Shown here piece by piece: positions 1 through 12,800 of a DNA stretch of 64,000 bases. The stretch is taken from assembly GCA_013239625.1 (NCBI GenBank), contig MU053873.1, forward strand, positions 2,308,524-2,372,523, in the 5' to 3' direction. A model generated the notes under the pieces. The model saw only the letters and a list, made by a program, of their open reading frames with translations. It was not told where the DNA came from and did no database searches. This DNA comes from Lama guanicoe (lineage: Eukaryota). The stretch's first letter is position 1, and the number at the start of each line of letters is the position of its first letter. The position numbers were made by a program, and so were the translations under genes.

Positions 1-219
1 TTCTGGCTCCCCAGGGCATGCAAAAGTTATGTTTACATTATACGGTAGTCTACTAAGGACGCAATAGCATTATATCTAAAAAACAATGTACCTAACCTTA
101 ATCTAAAAATACTTAATTGCTAAGAAATGCTAACTGTCATCTGACAACACTGGACTGCCACAAACCTTCAATTTGTAAAAATCGCTGTATCTGTGAAGCA
201 CAGTAAAGAGATATGCCTG
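1..219 (-). mobile_element. Tigger1-derived internally deleted MITE (TcMar-Tigger), truncated by window start
   Basis: The reverse complement reads TA-CAGGCATATCTC...TTTTTACAAATTGAAGGTTTGTGGCA (Tigger1 5' end), joined directly to CAGATGACAGTTAGCATTTCTTAGCAATTAAGTATTTTT...ATAACTTTTGCATGC (Tigger1 3' region). Confidence 0.85.
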
Positions 220-339
220 TAACTGCTGGGTCCGAAGGGGTGGCTGTGGATACATTATGAGGGTTTTTGTCTTAAGATAAAAGGGAGAGTGGGTGCATTT
301 CTGGAAGGAGGGGAACAATCATCACTAAAGACCATTTCA

Positions 340-505
340 ACGGCTCTGTGACCTCGGGTAAATTTCTAAACACCTCTGAGTTCAGTCTGAGGTCTGGAAA
401 ACGGTCACAAAGATATCTGTTTTCTGTTGATTTGTCTTGAAGATGGAGTGGAAGAAAGTACATGGCACAAGGCCTGGCATATGGTCTAGCTCTATAACTG
501 TTTAC
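340..505 (+). mobile_element. MIR SINE fragment
   Basis: MIR core tgtgacctcgggtaaatttctaaacacctctgag and MIR tail gcctggcatatggt. Confidence 0.65.
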
Positions 506-779
506 TGAATCTACATCGAGCCTGTGTTGATTGCTGGTGCCATTAGTCCCAGGGCCTCCTGAACGGTTAGTAATTATGCAGGAATAAGGAGTCATTTACT
601 CAGTCACTCCTTATCCTCTTCCAGGAGTTCAGAGACAGAACTGCGTGTAGGAGATGAGTCTGTATGTTCCCCTGGAATTTCTAAGGTTAATTCATTTTTT
701 ATATCTTTAGTCTAAAGACAATCAAATGGGAGTGAGGAAGCTGATGGATTTTGTCTCAAACTTAGATGGGTCCTCCTTT

Positions 780-1625
780 TTAACTAACATTTTACTGTAA
801 AAAGTTTCAAAGACAGAAAAGTTGAATGAAGTTTATAGCAAACTTTTTATGAAAATTTATTAAAAGTCTGAAACTTTTTAAAAGTTTATACCTTCCACCA
901 AGATCCTGCCATTTATGCACTTGCTTTTTCATGTATATCCATCCAATCCTCTGTCCATCTGTTAATCCAACTTACTGTTTGATGCATTTCAAGCAAACAT
1001 TTCAGCAATGAAACATCAGTATGTGTTTACAGTTTTGTATGTAAAAAAGTATATGAATGTATTGAAATGCGTAAATCCTAAGCGGGCTGACGCTGAATTT
1101 TGCCAAATGCAAACACCTGTGTGACCCAAACCTCCCACCCCTTCCCAGAAAGTTCCCGCAGTCCCTTCCCAATTAATCCAACCCCCAGAGGCAAGCACCA
1201 TTCTGACTGTTTCTAGAACTTTGTAATTGTGGAATCAGACAATTTGTACTCTTTTGTGCCTGGTTTCTTTCATGAAGGTTTAGAGACTGGCCCCATAGCA
1301 TTATGTGTATCAGTAGTTTGTCCTTTTCACAGTGTGTAGGATTCCACTGTGTGAATGTACCACAACTCATTTATTCATTCTCCTGTTGATGGTCATTGGG
1401 CCATATCTAGTTTCACTTTAAATAAATCTCCTATGAACATTCTTATATAACTCATTTCATGAACTTCCTGTCATTCTCTTGATCAATACTGAGTTGAATT
1501 TCTGGGTCATAAGATAGAGGTATGCTGAGTTTTAAACGAAACTTTGTTTAAGTTTTTTCCCAAAGTGGTTGTATCATTTTACAGTCCCACGGGCAACGTA
1601 CAAGAGTTCCAGTTGCTCTGTTGCA
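780..1625 (-). mobile_element. Old L1M (L1MC/L1ME-type) 3' fragments
   Basis: Antisense L1 motifs: ccagaaagttccc, aggcaagcaccattctgact, ttcattctcctgttgatggtcattggg, ccaaagtggttgtatcattttacagtcccac. Confidence 0.8.
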
Positions 1626-1859
1626 GGAGAAGCTGGCATTTGCATGATTATACTTTCCAACAGCAGTAGCTGTGAGCCACCAGGGTGTGGCTTCACACCA
1701 GCTTCCTAGATCTCACATCAGTGCCTCCCGCTGGCTAGGACAAAACTGCATCCAGAATTCTAGCTGCAAGAGAGTCTACAAAGGTCAGAGATGCCCTTCC
1801 TTCCTCTCTAAGCTGCAGGAGATGGGATGGAAGTCCAGCGAAGCCACCCAGACCTGGCA

Positions 1860-2040
1860 CAGAGACAGGAAACCTGGAACTAAACCCCAGCTCTGCCACT
1901 TTCTCACTGTGTGTCCCTTATTGTTACTCTGACGTGGTAATACAGACAGTACCTTATAGGGGTGCTGAGAGGGTCAAATCAGATGATGTGTGTACAGTGC
2001 TCAGTACAGGGCCTGGAATAGCTTAAGTTCTCAACAAAGA
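1860..2040 (+). mobile_element. MIR SINE
   Basis: cccagctctgccactt...tgtgtacagtgctcagtacagggcctggaatagcttaagttctcaa matches the MIR consensus. Confidence 0.75.
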
Positions 2041-2629
2041 GTGAGACCTTCATCATAACCGTTCTAGAGTAGTTCCCTACCCCGCCAAAAAAAAAAATCA
2101 GGTTGCAGAACCACACAAAATACTCCCATACAACTTCTAGGAGCAAGAAATCCATGGAGAAATATATTTGGGATGCAGAATTCTGAATTTCCAGATTTTT
2201 TTTTTTGACCTTTTTGGGGAATCGGAAAAGAATACTTAGAGTCAGGTGTGTTGGGGGAAAGCCTATTATATGGTTAAGTGCCCTCTGTAGGTCAGCTCAG
2301 GGAGGAGACACACATCAGAGGAAGGAAGAGAGGCTCCTGGTATTACTTCTCCCAGAGACAAATGAATACCCCACTTCGTTTGTCACCACAGAGAAGGCGA
2401 GAGAGAGGGCTGAATATCTTCATCTTCAGCCGGTGTTTTGGGAGAATGGAGATATGCACCAGTGTTTTCCTAGGGAGGCGGCTGGGTCAGCAGAAAGAAG
2501 AGAGAAATCAGAATCAGGCAGCCCTGTGGGCCCTGCCCAACACTCAGTCCTCTGAGCTGCATGACCCTGGGTGAATCACATTCCCTCCTGCAGCCTCTAT
2601 CTTCTCGTCTGCAAAATGGGGACAATCAC

Positions 2630-2683
2630 TCCCCCACCCCCCCCCCCCCCCCCATCCCCCCCACCCTCCCCTCCCCCAACCCC
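2630..2683. repeat. C-rich low-complexity tract at the end of a MIR fragment (about 2545-2630)
   Basis: Runs of C interrupted by single A/T. The polyproline stretch in ORF 2571..2867 comes from this tract. Confidence 0.9.
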
Positions 2684-4049
2684 ACTGGATTGCTATGACA
2701 ACAAAAAGCCCAGTCATACATTCAGTGTCCCGTTTACCAGCCCCTGCCCACGGGCCACATCATCCTGCCCCAAATCAGCAGGATTTGTGAGCTCAGGCCA
2801 AGGGAGAGGGTGTGGGGTATCAACCCCAGAGCACAGAAGTGTGCTCTGGGCATCTCTGCCTCGCTGAAGCTGGACCCCACAGCAGCTAAGACATCTTTTG
2901 TAAAGAGGCTAGCATTTTTTTTCCCCATCAGTGGTGGTGCAGCGAGAGGAACAGAGATTCTCACCAGGCAGTAAGGCAGCAAGACACCCTGTCCTACCGC
3001 AGTTTCAGAGTCAGGTGTCAAAGTACCTGCTTGCAGGCAACAAGCACCATCACAGAGTGAAGTCAATGCAGGGGAGAGAAAAGCCGTGCGTGGAAGACGG
3101 CTGGGTCTGAAACAGAAGGTGCCTTCCCCAGCTCTGCCACTCCAAACACAAGCTGCCAGTTCCCAAGATGAGGGTCCCTACCCTGCTGCACTGGCTGAGG
3201 TCACGAAGGAGCAGCCGTCAGCATCTTGGGCCCATCTTTGCACAGTCAATAACTGGACGCCCATTTGGGCACCTGAGGACGGTGGCCTGGGAGGACCAGC
3301 AGGACACAGTGGGGAGGCCCGATCAGCCTGCCCGGCAGCCGGACCCAGACCTGGCTGGCAGCACCATATTGTTCACCGTCTGGCAAATCGACAGATTTTC
3401 ACAAACCAGATTCCTCCTCACATGCCTCGGCCCTTCCTGTCCAACTGTTCCGGCATCTGTTTCTCTTAAAATGTATCTATTACACCGAGAGGAATAATAA
3501 CAGGGCTGGGGCTGGGGCCTCGGAGGCTGTGGCAGTGGCTCCCCCCAGGGCCTCCTTTGGAAGCAGCTGCACTGGGGAAGTGGTGCGGTGTGCACCCTGG
3601 TGACAGCCTGCTCTGGTCCCTGGAATCAGAGAACCACTGGACATCCGCCCAGAGTACGAGGCCGAAGGGGAAAGGCCACCCTGATAGCCGGGGGCTCGGA
3701 CCGCGGTCTATTTGTGAGCAGTGTGTGGCCTCAAGCAACTTCCTGAACCTCTTGGAGCCTCAGTATCTTCCTCTGTCAAATGAGGGTAAAGCTATGTGAT
3801 CTCCAAGGTGATTTATTTCCTGTTTTGCCCCTGAGTGCTTCAAAAAGCCCCTTCTGGTGGAACTCAGCCTCACCTGACACTGAGAACATGCATTTATCCA
3901 CTTATTCATTCATTCATCCGTTCATCCATCAGATTGTTCAGTGAGCAAGCTAACTGCAAGACACTGGAGATACGATGGTGCTTTAAAAAAGTGCCAAAGC
4001 ACATCTCTTATCAATCAGATCATTCAAGAATATATGCAAATACTCATGG

Positions 4050-4265
4050 CGACTAGGATTCATGGGGCTGTTTACCATGCGCCAGGCATGATGCCAAGCA
4101 CCTTACGAACATCATCTCCTCTGACACTCCCAGCAGCCCCATAAGATTTGTATCTCTCTCTAGGAGAGATGGGGGAAACTGGGGCTCAGGAAGGTGGAAA
4201 AACTTGTCCAAAGTCACACAGCAAATACACTGACGGTGAGCACGTCTGGGCAAGGATTTCACTAT
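4050..4265 (-). mobile_element. MIR SINE
   Basis: atgcgccaggcatgatgccaagcacctt...gggaaactggggctcagg...acttgtccaaagtcacacagc is antisense MIR. Confidence 0.8.
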
Positions 4266-4518
4266 AGGCTGACATCTTGGGTTCTCGCTGAAAAGTCTGG
4301 GCAGCTGACAAAGGTCTGCCACTGCCCTGATTCTATCTGATTTCGCCAGCAGCCCCGTGGGGTACCTGGACAGCAGGGTGAGTCCCACGCTGTGATGAGG
4401 CCCAGGGATGGAAAGTGGTTTCTCCAAAGTTCCAAGTCAGTGGCAGCACCACCTGTAAACACAGAAAACAGAAACAAGACAATGAACCTGAGCCCACTGT
4501 TGTCTGACTCAGTAGATA

Positions 4519-4709
4519 CCCCATATCGTCAGTTCCGAAATGCACCTGCTTAGACTTTAGTATCTCTGAAATCGAGATCCAGCTTACAGTGAATGGCGCG
4601 GCACAATCTAATTGGTAGCTTGTTTTTGTTTTTCGCTTTCCTCCTTAGCGAGACATCAAATGATGGTGCGTAGTACAATGAACAGCGTATTGGATGGAAG
4701 GAAATATGG
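4519..4709 (+). mobile_element. MER104-like Tc2 MITE
   Basis: atctctgaaatcgagat...cttaca...taattggtagc...atgatggtgcgtagtacaatg...gaaatatgg follows the recalled MER104 consensus, including decayed termini. Confidence 0.75.
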
Positions 4710-5717
4710 TGCTTACCGAGCACCTAGGACATGTCACACTTGTGCTGGGCATTCTTCCCGTGTGTCCCCTCACCAAGGGAGGAGGCCCCAAGCAAGCTGA
4801 CAGGGCCCCTGAGGGGCCCTGGGGACGTGGATTTTAGGGACCAGTGTTTGGCTCACTGCATTCCATGGCCCCAGCTCTACACAGCACAGGGGCTGCAGAC
4901 AGATGCTACTTTGGGAGGTGATGGTGGGGTTGGTAATGACCATCTCCAGACTCTCATCAGGTCTTAGAGCCCCAGTTCTGGTGCTGGGCCCTCAGCCTCC
5001 ACTCAGACACCTCCCCATCTCCCAGGTCCAAGCAGGCTCAGCTGAGCCCCACCATCCTCACCGGGAACAAAGAAATGGCAATCCGAGTTCAGCTGCTATG
5101 AGCTTTTGGAATAACTGGGGTGGAACAATTTTGCCAGCTCAGCCACCACCGCTGACTCCTGAGAGACAGAGGAGGGACTCAGGCAGGAGGAGTAAGTGTC
5201 TGCAGTCAAAACACAGTGACGGGTTAGTTTGCTCTGGGCAGGCACCAAGCCAGGAGCAGAGCTGCGGCGCTGGGAGCTGAGCGCCCCTGGTGGGGCTGGG
5301 CCAGGGTAGGAAGGTAGACGCTCCCCACTCCTCCCCACGCCAGGGCCTGGGGGGCCAGCGTGGGAAACTAAGTCACAGCACCAAGGTATCTAAACACTGG
5401 GAGTCCACGTGGGTAATGGACCCCTTCATGGCAGGTCTGTCCCTTAGACAAGTGGAGGCAGGTAGGCATCCCGGGAGAGACGGAACCCCAGGGAGGGCAC
5501 GTGGAGGTGATCTACACATGGACACATACTTTGGGAAGCGGGCAGAATCACAGGGTAGAGCCAGGCTGTACCTGGAAGGGAACTCAGAGGCCAAGGTCAT
5601 CCTTGCGTGGATGACAGGGAGTCACCACGATCGCACAGCAACTTCCCTCACGAGCAAGGTGGGCATGCAGTGTCTTCCTTCTCCTAGTGCAGTGCTTCCA
5701 AACCCATCCCATTAGGA

Positions 5718-5742
5718 TACACGCGCGCGCACGCGCACACAC
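5718..5742. repeat. Mixed (CA)/(CG) alternating purine-pyrimidine tract
   Basis: tacacgcgcgcgcacgcgcacacac. Confidence 0.85.
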
Positions 5743-5899
5743 GGTGACTTCCCCTCCCAGAAGCATTTCAAGTAAGGGATTGCCAAGTTAAATATTCTGA
5801 AGATCTTTTATACTTAAGTTCACCATGTTGTGCCATAAAGGAGCAGATCCAGGTTAAGTTAAATGGTACTCAGAGAAAATAAAATCTGTCGTTTACTGT

Positions 5900-6070
5900 A
5901 ATCAGTAAACTCTGGGTTAAGTGAAGCAAAATGTTTCTTTACTGCAGGACTTATCAGAGCATTTAAAATGATGCTGTGCCTTCCCAAAAAATAAGTGAGA
6001 AGGAGGGCATATGGATGAAAGGAGGCTCAAAATGAATGGATTTGAGCACTCAGGATCTTTCTTTCACTCC
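5900..6070 (+). mobile_element. MER103C-like hAT-Charlie MITE fragment
   Basis: gggttaagtgaagcaaaatgtttctttactgcaggacttatcagagcatttaa is the diagnostic MER103C core. Confidence 0.7.
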
Positions 6071-6159
6071 ATTATTAATTTTCTTAAAATTATTATTTTT
6101 AAATTTTTGATTTGTAATGCTAGGATGACAAAGAATAAAGCTAAATAAACAAAAACATA

Positions 6160-6520
6160 GCATCTATCCATCTACCCATCTATCCATCCATCCATCCACC
6201 CATTCACTGAACCATCTATCCATCCGTCAAACAGTCCAAGCATCCACTAATTAATCAATTAACCCACTCACTCATCCATCCATCTGTCCATCCAGTCACC
6301 TAAGCATCTGCCTTTCCGACAATACTACTAGTCATCCACACGTCCATCCATCCAACCAACAATCCATCCATCCGTCCTCCACGTACTCACTGACCACCTA
6401 CTATGTGCCGGGCACTGCACTCACACTGGCAGCTTGCTGTGGGAAAGGGGTACAGACATGAGATAGATACACTTCTTGTTAAAGAAGTGTCTTACAGTTT
6501 GTGGAGGAGGGGACAGGAGC
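6160..6520 (-). mobile_element. L2 3' end with expanded degenerate (TCCA)n tail
   Basis: catccatccatcc arrays lead into cacctactatgtgccgggcactg, the antisense L2 terminus. Confidence 0.75.
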
Positions 6521-6544
6521 ACACGTACCAGGCGTGTGCTGACT

Positions 6545-6720
6545 CACTGTGTGACCTGGCTCAGTTTGTCCTGACACAGCCCTGGGAGGGAGGTGTTCAT
6601 GTGCTCCCCCATTTTACAGATCAAGGAACCAGGACTCAGAAGAGAGGGAACTTGCCAAAGGGCTCCCATGACTGAGCAGTGGAACTGGGACACAGACTAG
6701 GTTCCTTCTGCCCAGTCCCT
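6545..6720 (-). mobile_element. MIR SINE
   Basis: ccccattttacagatcaaggaaccaggactcaga...aacttgccaaagg. Confidence 0.75.
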
Positions 6721-7499
6721 CCCACTCGGCTTACATTTAAAGGGTGGAAGACACTTCTGTGCACTTTCCACCGAATTTCACCTTTTTGTCTCCATGCTCA
6801 ACAAACATTTAGTGTGTACCCACTGTGCGTGAGGCGCCATGGGTGTGAGGGCTACCGCGGTGAGCCAGACAGTGTCTGCTCTCAAGAGCTGGGAGGACAC
6901 TCTCAACTGAGGGTGACATGGCTATGCTGGGGGCGGGCAGACGCGGGGTGAGTCCCCAGCCCCGCCCAACATCTCCTTGCCGGCTGCCACGGCAGCTCAG
7001 TGAGGCCTCCTCTCTCTGCCTTGGAGTCTCAGAGCTGGTCCTCAGCTCCGGAAGCAGCTGCATGTGAATCAGCCCCACTGGTATGATGGTGCCAAGACTG
7101 GCATGAGCTAATACAGCAGCGGCCACATAGAAACTATGAAGCCGCCCATCCTAACACTAAGTCAATTCCCCTCTCTTTAAATTTGGAGCGGCCGGGACCA
7201 CATTGGAGCCATTATGTCACTGGGTGCACACAGCCCCGTGGCATTCTCCATTTATGAGCTGGTCCAGGCCACCCACGGCATCATTGGATGACCCAGCTCA
7301 AGTCCCATCCCTGGGTTTCAAGGAGGCGCCTGAGGCCCTCCTCGGGCTAACTGTCTTGCTGTTTAGCTTGGAGCTGAGCTGAGGACCAGAATGTGCCCGG
7401 TGAGCCTGTTTGGGGGAGACTCATCTGGACCCAGCTGAACTGTTGCCAGGGGCTTAAGTGGGGGAGATCTGAAGCCAGCCTGCCTAGGTTCACAGCACA

Positions 7500-7950
7500 A
7501 TTGTGCTGCTCCCTATATGTGGGCCTTGAGCTAGACACTTCGTCCTCTGAGCCTGTTTTCTCATCTGTAAAATGGGAATAACAACAGTAATAATAACAGT
7601 CCCTAGTTCACAGAGTGAGTGCATGTGGCAGTAAACGTCTCCTCGTAGAAGGTGCCCAGGGCTCTGTCAGGCACACACAAGACTGAACGCAGACCAGCTA
7701 ATACAGCGTTCTTGCTGCCTGTTTCAGGTGTGTGGGAGACAGATGTTCCTCCAAAGGGAGGCAGTGGAGGGCAATGGTTGGGAGTCCGGGGAGGTCACCT
7801 CCTTTCTCTGAGCCTCAGTTGCTGCTCTGGGGAGTGGGCACCACCACAGTGTTCACTTTGGAGGGGAAGATTACCCGAGGATTAGAGGAGAATGCTTACA
7901 AAGCTTGGCGCGGGGCCAGGCACAGAGTAGATGCTCAAGAAATGTGGCTT
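7500..7950 (+). mobile_element. Two MIR SINE fragments in tandem orientation
   Basis: ctctgagcctgttttctcatctgtaaaatgggaataacaacagta at about 7545-7590; ctctgagcctcagtt...ggcacagagtagatgctcaagaaatg at about 7806-7945. Confidence 0.75.
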
Positions 7951-8329
7951 CCTAAATTCTCACTCCTTGAGGGTGTGCATTTTCCCCTGGGGTCAGGCTC
8001 TGACGCGCCACAGGCCTGAGCTCAGCTGCCCCCAGGGACCGCCCTGCTCTCTCCGCTTCTCTCTGCAGGTCTTTGCTGTCTCAGCACAGACACCCCACTT
8101 CTAGAAAGCCCTGCATCACCTCCAGGCAGCATGAGAGGCCTCTGAGGTTCTCCGCAGTGCCTGTGCACCCTCCACTACCACACTGGCCCCCAGCACCCTG
8201 CCTGCCTGACTGTCTGCCTACCTCTGCCATTGGACTGTGTCTTCAAGAAGAGTCTCTCTGCCTTAATTGTCTTCCATCCCCCCAAAATCTAGCAAAACTC
8301 TGTTGCCTTCATAAACAACAGACCCTCGC

Positions 8330-8685
8330 TCTGCTCGTAACCGGCTGTGTGATTTTGAGAATGTCACTTGACCTCTCAGGTCCTCAGCCTCACACCGGCA
8401 CTATGGAAACCACAGCAGCAGGCTCACAGGCTCCCTAGAGGGCTGGACACAGACCCAGAGTTCAATTGCTTACCCATAACCGGACCTTAGTAAATACTGG
8501 CTCCTCTTCCTCTGATAACCTGTGAGACCTTGGAGCAAGTTCTTCCAGCTCTCTGAGCCTCAGTTAACTCATCTGTGGAAGGCAGACAGCTACGGTACCA
8601 ACATCATCGTATGCTTTCAGGATTAAAAGAATTAAGTATGGAAAGCCCTTGCAATCTAGTGAGTGACCGCTACATGTTATCAGTG
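8330..8685 (+). mobile_element. MIR SINE fragments
   Basis: ctgtgagaccttggagcaagttcttccagctctctgagcctcagttaactcatctgt...ggattaaaagaattaagtatggaaagccctt. Confidence 0.75.
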
Positions 8686-9529
8686 ATAATAGTATGGTCT
8701 TTTTTTCCCCTGCTCCTAACTGGTTGTTTCTGGCCTGGGTCTAGCACTGGACCTGTTGTATGGCAGGTGCTTAATCCATCTTTTTGGGCTGACTCCATGA
8801 GAAACACTTAGAGTCTTGACTGGTAAAGACCCTCTCTGGGTCTGTACCTCTGCTGGGGGCAGCCACTGGCAATGCTTTCTCTATGCAGTTATGAGTCCCT
8901 ACAGCATCTAAGGGTAAGTCCCATTAACATAGGCTGCTGGGCTTGTACAGGGAGAGCCTGTCTTTAAGTGCTGGAAGATAGACAGAGTGTAGTATAAGAG
9001 AAAGACAGAGACTGGGGGCGGGGGCATCAGAGGGGAAAGAGGAGGGGCTTATGATCACAGGGCAGAATCAGGGAAGACTTCCTTCTTTGGTTCCTTCCTT
9101 CGTTCACTCAATAGTATTGAGCCCAGCCCAGCCCAGAGCCAGGTGACAGCAGGACACAGTCATCCTCCACCTTGGATATCCAGCCAAGGGCAGGCCTGCG
9201 AGCAGGGGTGTTGAGTTGAGATCAGGTACTTGTCACCTTCACAGCCCTGCTTGGAGGTCCCGCTTGCTCCCTGGTGGCCACTCACCTGCACACCTGCACC
9301 CTGGACAGAGTCTAAGTCTTCCACTCACCCAGAAAGAAGCCATGGTCATGTCCCCATTCTGGGAATAGGCAGGGAGGATGGCCTGAGAGATCCCGCTGTG
9401 GAGTGACATGCAGTGGAAATGTGGCCTTCCGGCTGGGTGTCAGTTCAACCACATGACAGATACCCCCTCCTTTGTGGGGTGATGAGGGGCGGGGCTAACT
9501 GATAGGGAAAGCGGGGAACACCCACAGCA

Positions 9530-9830
9530 TCCTACTGGGAGGAAAAAAGCAAGTTCCAAAGAGTAAGGCAGGACGCTTCTGTTGACTGAGAGTTCAAAAC
9601 GAGGCAAAAATAAGCAGTATAACACTCAGGCTTAGGAAGCAAAAAGGAAAGCAGGGCTGACAGATACAAAATTCAGAATGGAGGTTACTCTGGAGGGAGG
9701 GGAGGGAGCGAGCTGCTCTTTCCCGTCAGCTGGGTGGTGGATTCCAGGGGGATTTACGCTCTACACACACTGTATCCATGTTCACCTGTATCTACCCAAT
9801 ATTTAACTTTGTTTCTTTAAAGAAAGAAAA
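9530..9830 (+). mobile_element. Old L1M 3' UTR fragment
   Basis: aaaaaagcaagttccaaa...agttcaaaacgaggcaaaa...aaaattcagaatggaggttactctggaggg. Confidence 0.6.
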
Positions 9831-10484
9831 GTGGTGATGATCTCCTACGAGAACGGAAGCCCAGTGTGACTTCACCCATCCAGCACGTGAAACAGCAGCA
9901 CGCAGTTCCATCAGGACCCAGGGCAAGGTGCTCCCGCTCCCTGGACCTCGCTCTCCTTGTCTATACAGCGAGAAGAATGAAGTGAGGAAAGCGTGTGCAG
10001 TGCTTACCCTGGTGCTTGAAAATACCAAGTGCTTACTAAATAAGTCGTCCCAAAGGGCTAGCACTTGTGGAACCTTCTGGCAATTCTTCCCTCTTCCCCC
10101 CACCCTCTTTGATCACTGACCTAGCAACTCTTGGAACTGACCCACACTCACCAAACTGGTTGGATTAACCAGTGTGACCATTCCTTCCATCAAACACGCT
10201 GCCAACACCGTGACCCCAGAAAGCAGTCTTGGCCAATGACTGCCCCTCACCTCACCTGGGCGCAGTCTCCTCCGACTAGTTAAGGTACTAACTTACTGGA
10301 AACCAGTCATGTTTGTTCCAAAACCTACTTACCCGACTTGTAGCATCGTTAAGCATAACTAGATCATTTAATTAAACTTTAGGGGAGCCAATGACTTAAT
10401 GAGTGCCTGAGGAAAGGCTGCGGTTTCCAGGGAAGTCAAGTTGAATTTTTGGAAAGACACAATAAGGATAAATTGCTTTAACTG

Positions 10485-10745
10485 TGTATATAGAGAAAAC
10501 ATAAATACAATATAATCATATATAACAATTTTATATAATAATATACTATATATACTGTATTACTATAGTATACAATATATACTATAGCATATATGTAATA
10601 ATATGTACTATATTTTATATTATATATAATATATACAATGTACAATATATACTATATTATACAGTATATAATAAGATATACATTTATATATAAATTATAA
10701 GATAATACATAATTATATATATACATGTCTATATAAAGTAATATG
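10485..10745. repeat. Degenerate AT-rich (TA)n-type low-complexity tract
   Basis: About 260 bp composed almost entirely of tatata/ataat units. Confidence 0.9.
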
Positions 10746-11089
10746 CAAGCAAGAAAATTGTAAAAGATAGGAGAGGGGAATCATAAAAGATTGAGAAAAA
10801 TCCTGTGCACAGGTAGCTTTTTAAATGTTTTAAAGTCTTGCTCCACTGAAAGAAATCAAATCCAGACACTGGTGACGAGAGATGAGGCATTACGGCTGTG
10901 AGTTGAGTCAACAAAGACAGACTGGAAGTGACCTCCAGGCAGAGAAGCTAAATTCAAAGGTAGCACCTTGGCCCAGCATCAAGTTTGGTGAATAAATGTA
11001 GGTTGATATGCTTTAAGTAAAAATATAATATTATTTTGTTTTACCCATGATCATGAAGTCTGAAGAGAAACAAAACTGTGGGGAAGTAC

Positions 11090-11960
11090 CAGTGCTTCAC
11101 ATCACAGAGAAAGGGCTGTTTTCTTAGCCGTTCAAGGGCTCTACTTACCAATAAGTAGGAAAGAAAAACTAGTAACTGAATAGAAAAGTCAAAAAAGGAA
11201 TGAACAGAGAGTGAACACACAGAAAATACCAATAGCTCTGAATCCCATGAAAAAGAAAATGCTCAGCTCCTCTTTGGAGGAAAGCAGTGCAAACTGAACC
11301 TCTAAGGAGACACCATTTTTCACCCCTCCGATTGGCAAAGATTCAGAAGGTTAACAACCCGCTCTGTTGGCGAGGCTGTGGGCAGGCAGGTGCTCTGGGT
11401 ACCCAGTGGGAGCAGAGGCTGGTGGGAGCCATTGATGACAGTCATCCTAACCACTTGGGTACCTACCAGCTAACCCAGCCGCTCCACCCCCAGGAGTCTC
11501 CCTTGAGGATCACCCCCCCTACACCTGCAAGATGTCATATGTACAAGGGTTTTGGGGGGCTTTTTTGTATCCACTGAAATAGCCAAAGAAATAGGAAGCA
11601 ACCTAAATGTCCATCAATAGGGCACAGGAAGGACACTACAGCATACTATCAGTACATAAACAGGGGGAGGAGGGTCTTCATGGACCATCACTGACACGGT
11701 TCGTTAAGAGAACAAAGCAAGATGCAAAATAGCATACCTGATCATCTCTCCTTGCGAAAGAGAGAAAAATACACAGATATCATTGCTCGTGTGCACACAG
11801 GCTACTGAGGGAAGGGTAGCACCACTGCCTCTAAGGAAGAGGACTGGGTGACAGGGACGGGGAGGAGTGATGGAGACACACGGGTGACTCGTCTCCTATT
11901 TTTCTTTCTCTTTTTCAAACCTTTGGAATTCTGATATATGTACTTATATCAACTAATTTA
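11090..11960 (+). mobile_element. L1ME-type LINE: decayed ORF2 C-terminus and 3' UTR
   Basis: ORF 11287..11577 (MQTEPLRRHHFSPLRLAKIQKVNNPLCWRGCG) resembles the L1 ORF2p C-terminal MQIKTTMRYHLTPVRMAIIKK..NRCWRGCG segment. It is followed by ggaagcaacctaaatgtccatcaatagg. Confidence 0.85.
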
Positions 11961-12389
11961 AGATACATAAAATACTTAATGTGTGAACACAGCACTTACA
12001 AAATGACTCCTTGTTTTAAGCAACTTTTTAATCTGACTTGACTTTCGGTTCTGATGTGGTTCTAATCCTGGGTAACTGAGCTTTGACTCTGTTTCCTCAT
12101 GTTTCTAGATGAACAGGTATTGCTTACAGACTAAATATACATACATATGTAGATAGTATTAAATATATACGTTGAAACCAATATATGAAAAAAGTGTTAA
12201 AATTAAACACAAGCACACACAATTGAAAAATTTTAATAGCCCAACTCAAACAGACCCTCCCAAGGCTGCCAGCAACCCACTCCCAGATGAAAAGCAAATC
12301 TTCCCTGGGGAATCCAGTTCCCCTACTTTGCCCCGCTTATTCTAACACGTGTTTGCAGGCTGATAAAGGTGTGCTGTGTCCCTGCCTCT

Positions 12390-12800
12390 GCTTTTAATTA
12401 ATTTCTGACATGAAAGCTCCCAGTCTCTCCTGCCTCAGAGACCTGCACGCACATGCCTTGCCTCTCCCTTTCACAGGAAGCAGCTGCCCGTGTATAGCTG
12501 AGTTTCCAAAAATAAAAAAAAAAGTGTGTGGGGGGGAGAAATCACACTTCTTTTTTTTCCCATTTGCCCTTATTTGCATATTAATAGTTTGCATATTAAC
12601 CAGCGACTTCAGAGGGTGGGCGGGCTAATGAATGCAGCGATCTCCTCAATTTTAACTCAATTTGCCTCATCCATATTCCGATGACTTTGGGGACTGGTGT
12701 TCAGCGTTCATTGAAATGATCCGAGCCAGACCCAGTGTGGGCTGCTCTACCATTAATCCAATTAATTAGCCCCATGGATATGGCTGCCTGGGCGAGGGCC
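12390..12800. promoter_or_regulatory. Candidate conserved non-coding enhancer (POU/homeodomain motif cluster)
   Basis: Repeat-free island with octamer ATTTGCAT at 12572-12579, direct repeat TTTGCATATTAA x2, TAATCC at 12754-12759 and TAATTA sites. Confidence 0.55.

Noticed and set aside
2571..2867. Polyproline-containing ORF
   Set aside because: Translation of a MIR core (LVCKMG) plus a poly-C tract.
6160..6400. Regularly spaced TCCA repeats (also 20610-20920) considered as a CRISPR-like or novel array
   Set aside because: Degenerate simple repeat grown from L2 tails, with no constant repeat plus unique spacer structure; the sequence is eukaryotic.
8045..8075. Strong splice-acceptor-like ctctctccgcttctctctgcag|g
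   Set aside because: No matching donor or coding frame identified; isolated acceptor-like sequences are common. A lncRNA exon cannot be excluded without RNA data.
10485..10745. AT-rich tract as a possible origin, MAR or horizontally acquired segment (also 36730-36920)
   Set aside because: Ordinary degenerate (TA)n low-complexity expansion with no further supporting structure.
11287..11577. ORF with a CWRGCG motif
   Set aside because: Decayed L1 ORF2p C-terminus within an L1ME fossil, not a host gene.
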